Positions 31,594-42,627 are shown, counted from the first letter of the stretch. The stretch: 64,000 nucleotides of DNA from an uncultured Candidatus Pelagibacter sp. (GCA_905612525.1 CAJQSG010000006.1:17665-81664); one strand, 5' to 3'. A program made the numbers and translations. The notes: generated from the letters alone by a model not told the origin.

Positions 31594-32108
31594 TAAATCT
31601 TCTCAATTTTAATATTATCATTAGTGAATACGCAAATTTCTGACGCAACCTTTATAGCTTTTCTTGCTACCTCTTCAGCACTTAAATCTGTATCTAATAA
31701 AACTTTAGCAGCAGCTAAAGCATAATTACCACCAGATCCTATGCCTATGGCATCACCTTCTGGCTCTAAAACATCACCAGTGCCAGAAATGATAAAACTA
31801 TTTTCTTTATCACCAATAGCCATTAAAGCCTCCAGTCTTCTTAAATATTTATCAGTTCGCCAATCTTTAGCTAGCTCAACAGCGGCCCTAGGAAGGTTCC
31901 CAGCGTGTTTTTCAAGTTTTGCTTCAAGTCTTTCAAACAAAGTCAAAGCATCAGCAGTGGACCCAGCAAACCCAGCAATCACATTTCTTTTTTCAATTTT
32001 TCTAACTTTTGCAGCAGTACTTTTTATAACTGTATTGCCCATACTAACTTGGCCATCTCCAGCTACCACTACTTCATTATTTTTTCTAATAAGAACTATT
32101 GTAGTCAT
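31593..32108 (-). CDS. hslV: ATP-dependent protease peptidase subunit HslV
   Basis: N-terminal TTIV nucleophile, [19 protein letters not shown]. Confidence 0.99.
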   Translation of the reverse strand: MTTIVLIRKNNEVVVAGDGQVSMGNTVIKSTAAKVRKIEKRNVIAGFAGSTADALTLFERLEAKLEKHAGNLPRAAVELAKDWRTDKYLRRLEALMAIGDKENSFIISGTGDVLEPEGDAIGIGSGGNYALAAAKVLLDTDLSAEEVARKAIKVASEICVFTNDNIKIEKI

Positions 32109-32115
32109 TGATTAT

Positions 32116-32143
32116 AGATGGACATTAATATTTATTCTTCAAG
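32116..32143 (-). promoter_or_regulatory. Putative RpoH (sigma32) heat-shock promoter of hslVU
   Basis: Minus strand CTTGAA-N14-GTCCATCT vs consensus CTTGAA-N13-15-CCCCATNT, 7 nt before the hslV ATG; hslVU is a classic sigma32 target. Confidence 0.65.
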
Positions 32144-32199
32144 TACCATATTACTAATATTGATATAGTTGGCTAATCTCTATATACCTAATTGATATT

Positions 32200-32790
32200 A
32201 TGAGTAGAAAAGGAAAAATTTCACGTAAAACAAAAGAAACGAGCATCAGTGTTGATTTAAATATTGATGGCAAGGGTAAATATAAAATTGATACTGGGAT
32301 AGGTTTTTTAGATCATATGCTTGAGCAATTATCCAGGCACTCATTGATAGATATAAATTTAAAGGCTAGGGGGGATACACATATTGACCTTCATCACACG
32401 ACAGAAGATACTGGAATCGCAATAGGGGAGGCTTTAAAAAAAGCTCTTAAAAAATTTGTAGGGATTAGAAGGTATGCACACGCAATGATACCAATGGATG
32501 AAACATTAACAAGAGTTGCAATAGATGTTTCAAATAGACCTTATTTAATATGGAAAGTAAAACTAAAAGTAGAGAGGCTTGGTGAAATGGATACAGAGCT
32601 TTTTAAAGAATGGTTCCAAGCATTTTCTCAAGCAGCAGGAATAACATTACACATAGAAAATATTTATGGAGACAATAGTCATCATATAATTGAATCTTGC
32701 TTTAAAGGTTTAGCAAGGTCACTAAGAATGGCCTTAGAAATAGATCCAAGAAACAAAAGTGTAATTCCCTCTACAAAGGGATTGCTATAA
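32200..32790 (+). CDS. hisB: Imidazoleglycerol-phosphate dehydratase
   Basis: [29 protein letters not shown]. Confidence 0.98.
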   Translation: MSRKGKISRKTKETSISVDLNIDGKGKYKIDTGIGFLDHMLEQLSRHSLIDINLKARGDTHIDLHHTTEDTGIAIGEALKKALKKFVGIRRYAHAMIPMDETLTRVAIDVSNRPYLIWKVKLKVERLGEMDTELFKEWFQAFSQAAGITLHIENIYGDNSHHIIESCFKGLARSLRMALEIDPRNKSVIPSTKGLL

Positions 32791-32798
32791 AAAAAGCA

Positions 32799-33434
32799 AT
32801 GAATATTGCTATTATTGATTATGAATCTGGCAATATAAGTTCGGTAATTAATTCTTTCAAAGCTGTATGTAACAATCAAAATATTAAAATTAGAATAGAG
32901 GTAACTTCTGATTTAAAAATAATCTCAAATTCAGACAAAATAATTTTACCAGGCCAAGGGTCCTTTAAAAACTGCACAGAATCTTTGCTAAAAATTGAGG
33001 GTCTTAAGGATACATTAAATAAATTTGCCATTATTAATAAAAAACCTCTACTCGGCATTTGTGTTGGTATGCAAATGTTTGCCGACAGAGGATTCGAGGA
33101 AATTGAAACAAAGGGCTTGGGTTGGATTCCTGGGAATGTAAAAAAAATTGATAATAAAAATAATCAATTTAAGCTTCCACATATTGGATGGAATGAACTT
33201 TCCTTCACAACTGAAAGTAAATTATTTAAAAGTATAAAAGAAAAAGCACATGTTTATTTTGTTCATAGCTATAAATTTATACCAGAAGATGAAAAATTTA
33301 TATCAAGTAGAACTAACTATTCAGAGGAAATTGTGGCGTCTGTTGAAAAAGAAAATTTATTTGGTACACAATTTCATCCAGAAAAAAGTGACATTGTTGG
33401 TTTAAAAATAATAGAAAACTTTATTAAATTGTAA
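32799..33434 (+). CDS. hisH: Imidazole glycerol phosphate synthase glutaminase subunit
   Basis: LPGQG, GICVGMQ, PHIGWN, YFVHSY, QFHPEKS. Confidence 0.97.
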   Translation: MNIAIIDYESGNISSVINSFKAVCNNQNIKIRIEVTSDLKIISNSDKIILPGQGSFKNCTESLLKIEGLKDTLNKFAIINKKPLLGICVGMQMFADRGFEEIETKGLGWIPGNVKKIDNKNNQFKLPHIGWNELSFTTESKLFKSIKEKAHVYFVHSYKFIPEDEKFISSRTNYSEEIVASVEKENLFGTQFHPEKSDIVGLKIIENFIKL

Positions 33435-33435
33435 A

Positions 33436-34161
33436 ATGAAAATATTTCCAGCCATAGATATTAAAGATAAAAAATGTGTGAGGCTACTCAAGGGAAATTT
33501 TGATAATCAAACTATTTATGAGCAATCTCCTTATGATCAAGCCTCAAAATATAAAGATGAGGGTTTCCTAAATTTACACATGATAGACCTCGATGGGGCA
33601 CTCACAGGCGAATTGGTTAACTTGGAAATAATAGAAAATATTGTAAAAAAATTGAATATCGCAATTGAAATTGGTGGAGGAATTAGATCTATTGAAAAAA
33701 TCAAGACTTATTTGAACATAGGAATTGACAAAGTTATATTGGGAAGTGCTGCTATAAAAAATCCAGATTTTTTAAGTCAGGCTTGTATAGAATTTAAGGA
33801 TAGAATTGCTCTTAGTTTAGATGCTAAAAAAGGGATACTTTCAGTTTCAGGCTGGAAGGAAACAACCAACCAAACAGCAGTGGATTATTTGAAAAATGTA
33901 AATAATTATGGATTTTCAAGAGTTATCTACACAGATATTGACAGAGATGGCACTAAAATGGGACCCAATATTGAAGAAACTATAAACATTGCACAAATTT
34001 CATCAGCACCAGTTGTGGTGTCTGGGGGAGTCTCATCAATTGAGGATGTAAAAAGAATAAAAGAATTAAATAATTTAAATATTGAAGGTGTAATCGTTGG
34101 TAAGTCAATTTATGACGGAGATATAATGCTCAGAGAACTCAAGGAGCAAGAAAGTGCTTAA
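33436..34161 (+). CDS. hisA: ProFAR isomerase
   Basis: IFPAID, DLDGA, GGGIRS, TDIDRDG, SGGVSS. Confidence 0.97.
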   Translation: MKIFPAIDIKDKKCVRLLKGNFDNQTIYEQSPYDQASKYKDEGFLNLHMIDLDGALTGELVNLEIIENIVKKLNIAIEIGGGIRSIEKIKTYLNIGIDKVILGSAAIKNPDFLSQACIEFKDRIALSLDAKKGILSVSGWKETTNQTAVDYLKNVNNYGFSRVIYTDIDRDGTKMGPNIEETINIAQISSAPVVVSGGVSSIEDVKRIKELNNLNIEGVIVGKSIYDGDIMLRELKEQESA

Positions 34162-34909
34162 ACACAGAATTATTCCATGTCTTGATGTAAAGAATGGAAG
34201 GGTAGTTAAGGGAATTAATTTTGTGGATTTAAAAGATGTGGGGGATCCAGTGGAGCAGGCTAAGATTTACAGTAAAAGCGGTGCAGATGAAATTTGTTTT
34301 TTAGACATCACAGCATCCAACGAAAATAGAGAGACTATATTTGATGTGGTTAAAAGAACATCGGAAAATTGTTTTGTACCCCTTACAGTAGGTGGAGGAA
34401 TTAAGAGTTTAGAAGATATAAATAAATTATTAATCTCAGGAGCTGATAAAGTTTCAATAAATACTGCAGCAGTCAATAATGAAAATTTAATTAAAGAAAG
34501 TAGCAAAAAATTTGGGTCACAGTGTATTGTTGTTGCAATCGATGCTAAGCAAAAAAATGATAAATGGGAAATATTTACTCATGGGGGGGGAACTGAAACT
34601 GGCATTGATGCTGTAGAATTCGCAAAAAAAATGGAGGCAAACGGTGCGGGTGAGCTATTGATTACATCAATGGATAGAGATGGTACTCAAAAAGGCTACG
34701 ATATTAAGTTAATTTCTGAAATAGAAAAAAATGTAAACATACCTATCATTGCATCAGGAGGTGTCGGAAATTTAGAGCACTTATTCGAAGGAGTCAAATA
34801 TGGAAAAGCCAGCGCAGTATTGGCAGCTTCAATTTTTCACTATGGAACTCACTCAATTAGTGAGGTAAAGCAATATTTGGACTCAAAAGGAATTCCTGTT
34901 AGAATTTAA
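34154..34909 (+). CDS. hisF: Imidazole glycerol phosphate synthase cyclase subunit
   Basis: [31 protein letters not shown]. Confidence 0.98.
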   Translation: MLKHRIIPCLDVKNGRVVKGINFVDLKDVGDPVEQAKIYSKSGADEICFLDITASNENRETIFDVVKRTSENCFVPLTVGGGIKSLEDINKLLISGADKVSINTAAVNNENLIKESSKKFGSQCIVVAIDAKQKNDKWEIFTHGGGTETGIDAVEFAKKMEANGAGELLITSMDRDGTQKGYDIKLISEIEKNVNIPIIASGGVGNLEHLFEGVKYGKASAVLAASIFHYGTHSISEVKQYLDSKGIPVRI

Positions 34910-34911
34910 TT

Positions 34912-35217
34912 ATGTCAGATAAATTAGAGGACTTGGTAAAAACCATAAGAAATAGAAAAAATAAAAATAATGATAAATCTTATACATCTTCATTGTTATT
35001 TGGTGGTTTACCAAAGTGCCTAGATAAGATGCAGGAAGAGTTTGACGAACTAAAAGAAGCATTAAATAACAATTCTAATATAATCCATGAGGCTGCAGAT
35101 ATAATTTATCATTTACTGGTAACTTTAGAAGTAGCTAATATTAAGTTTGAAGATGTTTTGGAAGAGTTAGAGAAAAGAAAAAAACAGTCAGGAATCGAAG
35201 AAAAAAATAGCAGATGA
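34912..35217 (+). CDS. hisE: Phosphoribosyl-ATP diphosphatase
   Basis: SYTSSL, KMQEE, HEAADIIYHLLV, SGIEEK. Confidence 0.93.
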   Translation: MSDKLEDLVKTIRNRKNKNNDKSYTSSLLFGGLPKCLDKMQEEFDELKEALNNNSNIIHEAADIIYHLLVTLEVANIKFEDVLEELEKRKKQSGIEEKNSR

Positions 35218-35582
35218 TGAACTACGATAAAAATAATATTTTTGCAAGAATTTTAAGAGGAGAGATCCCATGCAAAAAAATATTTGAAAACAATCATGTT
35301 CTTTCATTTTATGATGTTAATCCAAAAAAAAAAATTCACGCACTAGTAATACCGAAAGGTGACTATATTAACCTAGATGATTTTAATGATAGAGCAACAG
35401 ACCAAGAAATAGTTGCATTAAGCAAAGCAATTACAGAAGTTTCCAAAATATTAGGTATTTCAGCTAATGTAGGAAAAGGTTACAGGGTGCTTACTAATTT
35501 AGCCGAGCACGGTGGTCAAGAAGTTATGCATTTGCATTTTCATTTATTCGGTGGTGAAAAAGTAGGAAAAATGGTTGAGTGA
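35214..35582 (+). CDS. HIT-family (histidine triad) nucleotide-binding protein
   Basis: NIFARILRGEIPC, GQEVMHLHFHL. Confidence 0.95.
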   Translation: MMNYDKNNIFARILRGEIPCKKIFENNHVLSFYDVNPKKKIHALVIPKGDYINLDDFNDRATDQEIVALSKAITEVSKILGISANVGKGYRVLTNLAEHGGQEVMHLHFHLFGGEKVGKMVE

Positions 35583-36082
35583 AAGAAAAAATTTTTAGAA
35601 ATTATTTAGAAATAAAATCTCACGAAGGTTTTAAAGAAGTAAAAAAACCATCAGAAAGTTTTTCTGTAGAACTAGTTAATCCTAAAGACTTTCAATTGAA
35701 TAAATTTTTTTATAAAAATATAGGAAAAAATTGTCAATGGGTTGATAGACTTGTTTGGAATGATTTAAAGTGGATTGATTATATTTCAGATGAAAAGCTT
35801 TCCACTTACATTTTTAAGGATAAAGATGAAATGGTAGGCTATTTTGAGCTGTTATTTAATAAAAATAACAAAGAAGTTGAAATTATTTATTTTGGAATTT
35901 TAGAAGAATATTTTGGTAAAAAACTAGGTAGTTATTTGTTAAGTGAAGCCATCAAATTTTCATTTGCCATGGGATCTTTAAGAGTTTGGGTACACACGTG
36001 CTCTTTAGATCACAAGAATGCCTTAGGTAATTACCTATCAAGAGGAATGAAAATTTTTAAATCGGAAACTCTAATTAGATGA
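35579..36082 (+). CDS. GNAT-family N-acetyltransferase
   Basis: YFGILEEYFGKKLG acetyl-CoA motif, VWVHTCSLDH, NYLSRG. Confidence 0.9.
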   Translation: MKEKIFRNYLEIKSHEGFKEVKKPSESFSVELVNPKDFQLNKFFYKNIGKNCQWVDRLVWNDLKWIDYISDEKLSTYIFKDKDEMVGYFELLFNKNNKEVEIIYFGILEEYFGKKLGSYLLSEAIKFSFAMGSLRVWVHTCSLDHKNALGNYLSRGMKIFKSETLIR

Positions 36083-36086
36083 TAAT

Positions 36087-36641
36087 TTAATCATTTTTTG
36101 GTAATATAAAGATCTTATCATTTATCTTCTGATTAATCATGGTAGACGAAATAAAAGTTATAATCAGATTTTTATAAATATCTTCAGTTTGCCATCCCAC
36201 TAAATTAAAATTTTTTTTATCAAAAAAAATATTAATTTCACTGTTGTTTTCAAAAATTTTAAATGCTAAAAAATTATTATCAATCTCTCTTGGTTCTAAG
36301 ATGTTTATTTTAGATATCAAATATTTTTTATCTAACAACAATTCGAGAGGTGTCTTATTAAGAGGATAAATATAATAATTTCCTCGATTTTCACTTTTAA
36401 TTACTAAGGACTTACCATTAGAAACAATAGTTTTTTTATTAAAACCATTATATTCACAAAATATTTTTTTAGGGTATTTTATAATACAAGTCCCATTTTC
36501 AATTTTCTTATCAATGGTTTGTACAAAATTAAAACTTAAAACATTAGTAAGCCTCATTTGAGAAATAATTTTATCTTTGGCAGAAGAATAAGAGGCGCTA
36601 TAAAAACTTAACATAAAAAAAATTATTATAAATTTAAACAT
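36087..36641 (-). CDS. lolA: Outer-membrane lipoprotein carrier LolA
   Basis: Signal peptide, FVQT...G...PKK...Y, VSNG, YPLNKTPL; directly follows ftsK. Confidence 0.85.
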   Translation of the reverse strand: MFKFIIIFFMLSFYSASYSSAKDKIISQMRLTNVLSFNFVQTIDKKIENGTCIIKYPKKIFCEYNGFNKKTIVSNGKSLVIKSENRGNYYIYPLNKTPLELLLDKKYLISKINILEPREIDNNFLAFKIFENNSEINIFFDKKNFNLVGWQTEDIYKNLIITFISSTMINQKINDKIFILPKND

Positions 36642-38731
36642 TATAGAACATCTCTCTTGCCTACATGATTTGCTTTACTGACAGTTCCATCAGCCTCCAT
36701 CATATCAATAATTCTTGCAGCTCTATTGTACCCTATTTGTAATTTTCTCTGCAAAAAAGAAGTAGAGGCTTTACCTTCAGACCTAATGATATCCAGAGCC
36801 GCCTGGTATAATTCATCTTTATTATTTGAGTTGGATGAACCCTCTACAACATCTCTTTCATCTGCAAAATTTAGAATTTCATCTATATAATCTGGCTCCG
36901 CTTGACTTCTTAAATAATTATTAACCTTTTCAATTTCATTATCAGAAACGAATGGTGCATGAATTCTAACTATGCGATTTGCTGCAGACATATAAAGCAT
37001 ATCTCCTTTACCTAATAGTTGTTCAGCACCTTGCTCACCTAATATAGTTCTACTATCAATTTTAGAAGTTACTTGAAAAGATATCCTTGTAGGGAAGTTT
37101 GCTTTAATAGTACCAGTAATTACATCAACGCTTGGTCGTTGAGTGGCCATAATAATATGAATTCCAGCAGCTCTTGCCATTTGTGACAATTTTTGGATAT
37201 AATTTTCAATTTCTTTTCCTGCCACAAGCATCAAATCTGACATTTCATCAACAACGACAACAATGTAGGGCATAGCAAGAGTATGTTTGGCGTTGTAACC
37301 ATCAATATTCCTTACACCTTCTTTGGTCATTAGTTTGTATCTGCTTTCCATTTCTTTAACAACCCAACCCAATACGGATGCAGCTTTTTTTGCTTCAGTT
37401 ATTACAGGACACAATAAATGAGGAATACCCTCATAGGCGGAAAGTTCTAACATCTTGGGATCAATTAAAATAAACTTACACTTATCAGGTGTGTGTCGAT
37501 AAAGAAGTGAGAGAATAATAGTATTAATACAAACTGACTTTCCGGAACCTGTTGTACCAGCAATTAATAAATGGGGCATAGAGGCTAAATCTCCAACAAC
37601 AGGAATTCCAGAGATATTTTTCCCCAAAGCTATCGGTAATCTGATCTCTTTTTTAGTAAAATCTGTATTTGAAATAATTTCACTTAAATAAACATTTTCT
37701 CGAGTTGCATTAGGAAGTTCTATACCAATGGTGCTTCTTCCCGGTATAGTGGCAATACGGGCAGATTCTGAACTTGTATTTCTAGCAATGTCGTCAGAAA
37801 GATTAATAATTTTAGAAACTTTAACACCAGCCGCAGGTTCAAATTCATTTAAAGTAACCACAGGTCCATGACTTACTTTTTTAATATTACCACTAACTCC
37901 AAAATCTAAAAGAATCTTTTCTAAAAAACTACTGTCGATATAATCCTCACTCTTTAACTTCTCCCTTTCTTTTTTGGTAGGAATTTTTAATAAATCAATA
38001 AAAGGTAATTTAAACCTGATCTTTTTATTTATTTCCTTATTATCATTTTTTATAAAGGGTAAATCTTCTTGAATTAAACTTTTAATTTCTTCTTGAGGAA
38101 TAAATTCATTAATAATCTCATTTTTATTAGTGTAATTTTTTATTTTTTTTGAAAATAAAAGCTCAGACAATTTTTTTAAAAATTTATAAAAGGAACTAAT
38201 CTTAAACTGGATGCTAAATAAGAATAAATTTAATATTAATAATATTAGCAAGTAAAATGATATTTGTGGATTAAGAATAATTAATGAATTAAAAAAGGTT
38301 GTTTCTAAGTATTTTCCAATAAAACCACCATTGCCATTAATATAAAGTTTAAATGCATTTGGGTAAAAAAAAGAAAAAAATAGAGAACCAAACAATGAAT
38401 ATAAAACAGTAAAAAAATTACTTTCTATTAATAAAAAAATTTTTTTGTTTAGGATAATATTTATTCCAGTTAATATAAGGGTAAATGGAATTAATAGGGA
38501 TATTAATCCAAGAGATTGAAAAAAAAGGTCTGAAGAAAAACTACCGTGAAAACCGAGAAGATTTTTTATTTTAGTTTTTTCCGGAAAAATAAAATTTGGA
38601 TCCTCTGGAGAAAAACTAACAAGAGAAATTAACAATAATGCACCTATTATAACAATAGTTATACCAAGAATTTCAATAAATCTATTAATGCTAAAATTTA
38701 GTGCATTGTGAGCTAATTTTTTTATTTCCAT
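36641..38731 (-). CDS. ftsK: DNA translocase FtsK
   Basis: N-terminal TMs, PHLLIAGTTGSGKSV, DPKMLEL, ATQRPS, gamma domain LQIGYNRAARI. Confidence 0.98.
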   Translation of the reverse strand: MEIKKLAHNALNFSINRFIEILGITIVIIGALLLISLVSFSPEDPNFIFPEKTKIKNLLGFHGSFSSDLFFQSLGLISLLIPFTLILTGINIILNKKIFLLIESNFFTVLYSLFGSLFFSFFYPNAFKLYINGNGGFIGKYLETTFFNSLIILNPQISFYLLILLILNLFLFSIQFKISSFYKFLKKLSELLFSKKIKNYTNKNEIINEFIPQEEIKSLIQEDLPFIKNDNKEINKKIRFKLPFIDLLKIPTKKEREKLKSEDYIDSSFLEKILLDFGVSGNIKKVSHGPVVTLNEFEPAAGVKVSKIINLSDDIARNTSSESARIATIPGRSTIGIELPNATRENVYLSEIISNTDFTKKEIRLPIALGKNISGIPVVGDLASMPHLLIAGTTGSGKSVCINTIILSLLYRHTPDKCKFILIDPKMLELSAYEGIPHLLCPVITEAKKAASVLGWVVKEMESRYKLMTKEGVRNIDGYNAKHTLAMPYIVVVVDEMSDLMLVAGKEIENYIQKLSQMARAAGIHIIMATQRPSVDVITGTIKANFPTRISFQVTSKIDSRTILGEQGAEQLLGKGDMLYMSAANRIVRIHAPFVSDNEIEKVNNYLRSQAEPDYIDEILNFADERDVVEGSSNSNNKDELYQAALDIIRSEGKASTSFLQRKLQIGYNRAARIIDMMEADGTVSKANHVGKRDVL

Positions 38732-38804
38732 AAATTAATAAATCAAATTTATCACTTTGTATCATCTAAATTTTATTGTTAAAATTAAAAATTAAAAATT
38801 AATT

Positions 38805-39902
38805 ATGAATGTTTGCATTATTGGCGATGGACTTACCAGTCTATCTTTGGCTAAAAATCTTATAAATAAAAAAATAAATGTTCACATTTATCAAAAAAAG
38901 ATATTTAATAATTTGCCGTTAAGTAGAACTATAGGAATATCAAAAAATAACTTAGAATTTTTCAAAAAAGAAATTCACGACATACCAATAAAAATCACCT
39001 GGGAAATAAAAAAAATAGAAATTTATTCTGAAAAATTACCAAAAAACAAAATATTAAATTTTGAAAATAATAAAAGTAATTTGTTTTATATGGTAAAAAA
39101 TTTTGAGCTTTATAATTCCTTAAACAATAAATTATTAAAAAATAAATTTTTTAAAAGAAAAATAATAAATAAAAAAAATTTTTATGATAAATTACTTAAA
39201 AAAAACAATTATGATTTAATAATAAATTGTGATCCAAATAACTCTATATCAAAAAAATATTTCACTAAAAAAATAGATAAAGACTATTCTAATCTAGCCT
39301 ATACAACTATTATAGAACATAAAAAATTAAAAAATAATTCAGCTATCCAGATTTTTACGGATTTAGGTCCTATTGCTTTTTTACCAATATCAAGCACAAA
39401 AACTTCTGTTGTTTTTTCAATAGACATTAAATATAAAAATTATAGCGACGGTAATATATTAGACCTAATAAAAAAACATAATCCTAAATTTAAAATAAAA
39501 AACATATTAAAATTAAGTAGCTTTAACTTAAAATCTTCAAATTTAAGAAATTATTATTATAAAAATATTTTAGCATTTGGAGATTTGCTTCACAGAATTC
39601 ATCCACTTGCCGGTCAGGGCTTTAACATGACTATTAGGGATATAAAAGATTTATCAGAAATTATTCAAGAAAAAATTGACCTTGGATTACAATTAGATAC
39701 TTTTATTTTAGAAGAATTTCAAAAAAAAACAAAAAATAAAAATTTTATTTTTTCTAGTGGAGTAAATTTTATTTATGAATTTTTCAATTTTGAAAAGCAG
39801 GTTAAAGGACAAAATCTAAATAAAATCTTGAAATTCCTAGGAAAGAATAAAAGTTTTACCAATTCAATTATTAAGTTTGCAGATAAAGGGTTAAATATCT
39901 AA
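38805..39902 (+). CDS. UbiH/COQ6-family FAD-dependent hydroxylase
   Basis: IIGDG, GPIAFLP, GDLLHRIHPLAGQGFNM; divergent from ftsK as in other alphaproteobacteria. Confidence 0.85.
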   Translation: MNVCIIGDGLTSLSLAKNLINKKINVHIYQKKIFNNLPLSRTIGISKNNLEFFKKEIHDIPIKITWEIKKIEIYSEKLPKNKILNFENNKSNLFYMVKNFELYNSLNNKLLKNKFFKRKIINKKNFYDKLLKKNNYDLIINCDPNNSISKKYFTKKIDKDYSNLAYTTIIEHKKLKNNSAIQIFTDLGPIAFLPISSTKTSVVFSIDIKYKNYSDGNILDLIKKHNPKFKIKNILKLSSFNLKSSNLRNYYYKNILAFGDLLHRIHPLAGQGFNMTIRDIKDLSEIIQEKIDLGLQLDTFILEEFQKKTKNKNFIFSSGVNFIYEFFNFEKQVKGQNLNKILKFLGKNKSFTNSIIKFADKGLNI

Positions 39903-39905
39903 TTC

Positions 39906-40544
39906 CTACTGTATAGTAGTATTGTCATAATTATCGTGACTATAAGTACTTAAAATTTCAGCAATCTTATTTTTTCTTATTTCCAGATTTTCACTTTCTA
40001 ATAACACTTGTTTTTCTTCTAATGAAAAAGGAGAGGCCATGGACAATGCATTTATTGTTTCATTTAAATCTTGTTTTTCTAAAGATTTCCAATTGATTAT
40101 GTATCCTTTTTTTTCAAATAAAGATTTTAAATCTTTAAAAATTAACTCAAGATCTGAGAATTTCAATTCTTCTTTTGGTAATTTTAAATCTTCAAGAAAT
40201 CCATCAAAATTAATTTCACACTCTCTATATGGTTTATTATTTTTAATCTCTTCGGTAATATTAAAACGACTTAAACCACACAGATCAATTAAATATCTGT
40301 TATCTATATATTTAAAATTAATAATTTTCCCTAAACAGCCAACTCCATGTAAGTCTGGAATGGAATTTACTTTATTTTTTTTGGGCTGAATTAAGCCTAT
40401 CATCTTATTTGTTTTCATGCAGTCATTAATCATTTCAACATACCTTGGTTCAAATATATTTAATGGCACCGTTGTATTGGGAAAAATGATAAAGTTACTT
40501 AGCGGAAAGATAGGTATAATTTTTGGTAAATCGTTTTTTTTCAT
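39906..40544 (-). CDS. LON peptidase substrate-binding (LonN) domain protein
   Basis: IPIFPL, PLNIFEPRY, VGCLGKI, EEKQVLLE; ATG at 40544 preferred over the TTG at 40559. Confidence 0.9.
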   Translation of the reverse strand: MKKNDLPKIIPIFPLSNFIIFPNTTVPLNIFEPRYVEMINDCMKTNKMIGLIQPKKNKVNSIPDLHGVGCLGKIINFKYIDNRYLIDLCGLSRFNITEEIKNNKPYRECEINFDGFLEDLKLPKEELKFSDLELIFKDLKSLFEKKGYIINWKSLEKQDLNETINALSMASPFSLEEKQVLLESENLEIRKNKIAEILSTYSHDNYDNTTIQ

Positions 40545-40639
40545 TCTTTCTTTTAACAAACTTTTAAAGATCTATATACTAATGAAAACTTTATTATTGC
40601 GTGCATTTAAAAAACCGTCTATTTATAGTGTCTTTATAA

Positions 40640-40714
40640 GCGGGTCTAGCTCATTGGTAGAGCGAATCGTTGCCAACGATTAGGTAGAGGGTTCGATTCC
40701 CTTGACCCGCTCCA
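40640..40714 (+). tRNA. tRNA-Gly (GCC)
   Basis: Acceptor stem GCGGGTC/GACCCGC, D arm TAGCTCATTGGTAGAGC, anticodon arm AATCG-TTGCCAA-CGATT, T loop GGTTCGATTCC, encoded CCA. Confidence 0.97.
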
Positions 40715-40736
40715 TTAAACTGAGGATAATTAATAA

Positions 40737-41081
40737 ATGTGTGATCTTTTAAATAAAAAATGTGCACCTTGTGAAGGAGGAATTTTACCTTTTGATATAA
40801 GTGAAATACACAAATATCAAAAAAAAGTAGATGGATGGAATGTAGTTAAAAATGAAAAAAAAATATTTTTTTTAGAAAAAAACTTTATTTTTAAAGACTT
40901 TGTTAATAGTCAGCAATTTATTAATAAAGTTGGAGAAGCCTCAGAAGCAGAGGGTCACCACCCAGATATTTCTTTTGGATGGGGTTATGCAAAAATTATA
41001 ATTACCACGCATGCAATAGAAGGGTTATCAGAAAATGATTTTATTCTAGCTGCTAAAATTGATCAGATTTTCAATGCCTAA
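40737..41081 (+). CDS. phhB: Pterin-4-alpha-carbinolamine dehydratase
   Basis: CAPCEGG, FKDF, EGHHPDI, THAIEGLSENDFILAAKID. Confidence 0.95.
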   Translation: MCDLLNKKCAPCEGGILPFDISEIHKYQKKVDGWNVVKNEKKIFFLEKNFIFKDFVNSQQFINKVGEASEAEGHHPDISFGWGYAKIIITTHAIEGLSENDFILAAKIDQIFNA

Positions 41082-42627
41082 AATGCCTTGTTTTGGAAAA
41101 GACCAGGATAGTATTAGTCTGATTTGCAAATTTTATTATTTCCTTATCTCGGATTGATCCAGAGGGCTGTATTACAGCAGTAACACCTGACTGCACTAAT
41201 TTTTCTATACCATCGACAAAAGGGAAAAAGGCATCTGATGCGGCAACCACTTCTTCATTTAAATTTTGAAATTTGTTCATTTTATCTATTGCAATTTGAC
41301 AGCTATCAAGTCTGCTAGGCTGTCCAGATCCAATACCTACAGTTGTCTCTTGACTAGCTAAAACAATCGCATTAGATTTAACGTATCTACAAATATTGAA
41401 TGCAAAAATTAAACTTTTCAACTGTGATTTAGTAGGTTTTTTTTTTGAAACTATTTTAAAATTTTTAATATTGAATTTTTCTATATCTTCAGATTGAGTT
41501 AAAATAGACTCATTAGCTGAATTAAACCTTATTAAATTTTTTACTGAAAAATTTTTTGCTTCAATAAGTCTTAAATTGTTTTTTTTTTTTAAAACTTTTA
41601 ATGCCTCAGGATCAAAGCCATTTGCAATAATAACCTCCAAGAAAATATTACTCAGTGCCACGGCTAGTGTTTTATTTATTGTATAATTGCATGAAACTAT
41701 TCCTCCAAAAGCACTTATAGGGTCACATGCAAGTGCTAATTGATAACTTCTTAATCTATTTTTATTAATAGAAACACCACATGGGTTAGCATGCTTAACG
41801 ATAACAGTTCCTGAATTTTTTGGTAAAGATTTAGAAATAGTTAAGGCTGAGAATATATCGTTATAGTTGTTATAGCTCAGCTGCTTTCCGTGAATTTGAT
41901 TAATATTTAAATTTTGTGTTTTGGAGTAAACAGCTGCATTTTGGTGAGGGTTTTCACCATATCTTAATTTTTCAATTAAATTTCCGTAGATGATTTTTTT
42001 TTTAGGAAAATCATTTTTTTTAATTCTATTAAGGTAGTTTGAAATTACAGCGTCATAATATGCTGTTTCAGAAAAGGCATCTAAAGACATCTTTTCCCTA
42101 AACTCAATAGATGTAGAGCCTTTATTTTTTTCTATTTCATCAATTAGTTCGCTATATTGATCTGAAGAAGTAATGACAGTAACATCATTATAGTTTTTTG
42201 CTGCAGCTCTAACCATTGTTGGACCTCCAATATCAATATTTTCTATAATTTTTGAATGATTACCTGTCCGTTGTAGAATTTTTTCAAAAGGATAGAAATT
42301 AACAATAACTAGGTCTATTTCATCAAAATTATTATCTTTTAAGTCCTTAATGTGAGATTTGTTATTTCTTTTACTTAATATTCCAGCATGTATTTTTGGA
42401 TGTAATGTTTTAACTCTTCCACCAAGTATTTCAGGAGAATCAGTGTAATCTGAAACTTTTAGGCATTTAAACTTGAGTCTTTTGATCTCTTGATAAGTGC
42501 CACCTGAACTGATTAATTCAATCTTATTTTTGGTTAAAACTTTTAAAAGGTTTTTTAAATTTTTTTTATCAGAAACTGAAATTAGTGCTTTTTTTATTTT
42601 CTTCATTATATTTTTGTAATTTCCCAT
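41071..42627 (-). CDS. purH: Bifunctional AICAR transformylase/IMP cyclohydrolase
   Basis: ALISVSDK, GRVKTLHP, IDIGGP, LRYGENPHQ, SDAFFPF, RHFRH; alternative start at 42606. Confidence 0.99.
   Translation of the reverse strand: MGNYKNIMKKIKKALISVSDKKNLKNLLKVLTKNKIELISSGGTYQEIKRLKFKCLKVSDYTDSPEILGGRVKTLHPKIHAGILSKRNNKSHIKDLKDNNFDEIDLVIVNFYPFEKILQRTGNHSKIIENIDIGGPTMVRAAAKNYNDVTVITSSDQYSELIDEIEKNKGSTSIEFREKMSLDAFSETAYYDAVISNYLNRIKKNDFPKKKIIYGNLIEKLRYGENPHQNAAVYSKTQNLNINQIHGKQLSYNNYNDIFSALTISKSLPKNSGTVIVKHANPCGVSINKNRLRSYQLALACDPISAFGGIVSCNYTINKTLAVALSNIFLEVIIANGFDPEALKVLKKKNNLRLIEAKNFSVKNLIRFNSANESILTQSEDIEKFNIKNFKIVSKKKPTKSQLKSLIFAFNICRYVKSNAIVLASQETTVGIGSGQPSRLDSCQIAIDKMNKFQNLNEEVVAASDAFFPFVDGIEKLVQSGVTAVIQPSGSIRDKEIIKFANQTNTILVFSKTRHFRH

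Noticed and set aside
32217-32232. parS-like AATTTCACGTAAAACA in hisB
   Set aside because: Three mismatches; explained by the conserved ISRKT protein sequence
40417-40683. 88-aa + strand ORF running into the tRNA
   Set aside because: Antisense to the LonN gene and overlaps tRNA-Gly; spurious
40640-40740. tRNA-Gly as a possible island or prophage integration site
   Set aside because: No integrase nearby, no duplicated tRNA 3' end seen, flanked by housekeeping genes
41579-41590. T12 homopolymer in purH as a phase-variation tract
   Set aside because: Mid-gene Lys run in an essential biosynthetic gene; A/T runs of this length are common throughout the window
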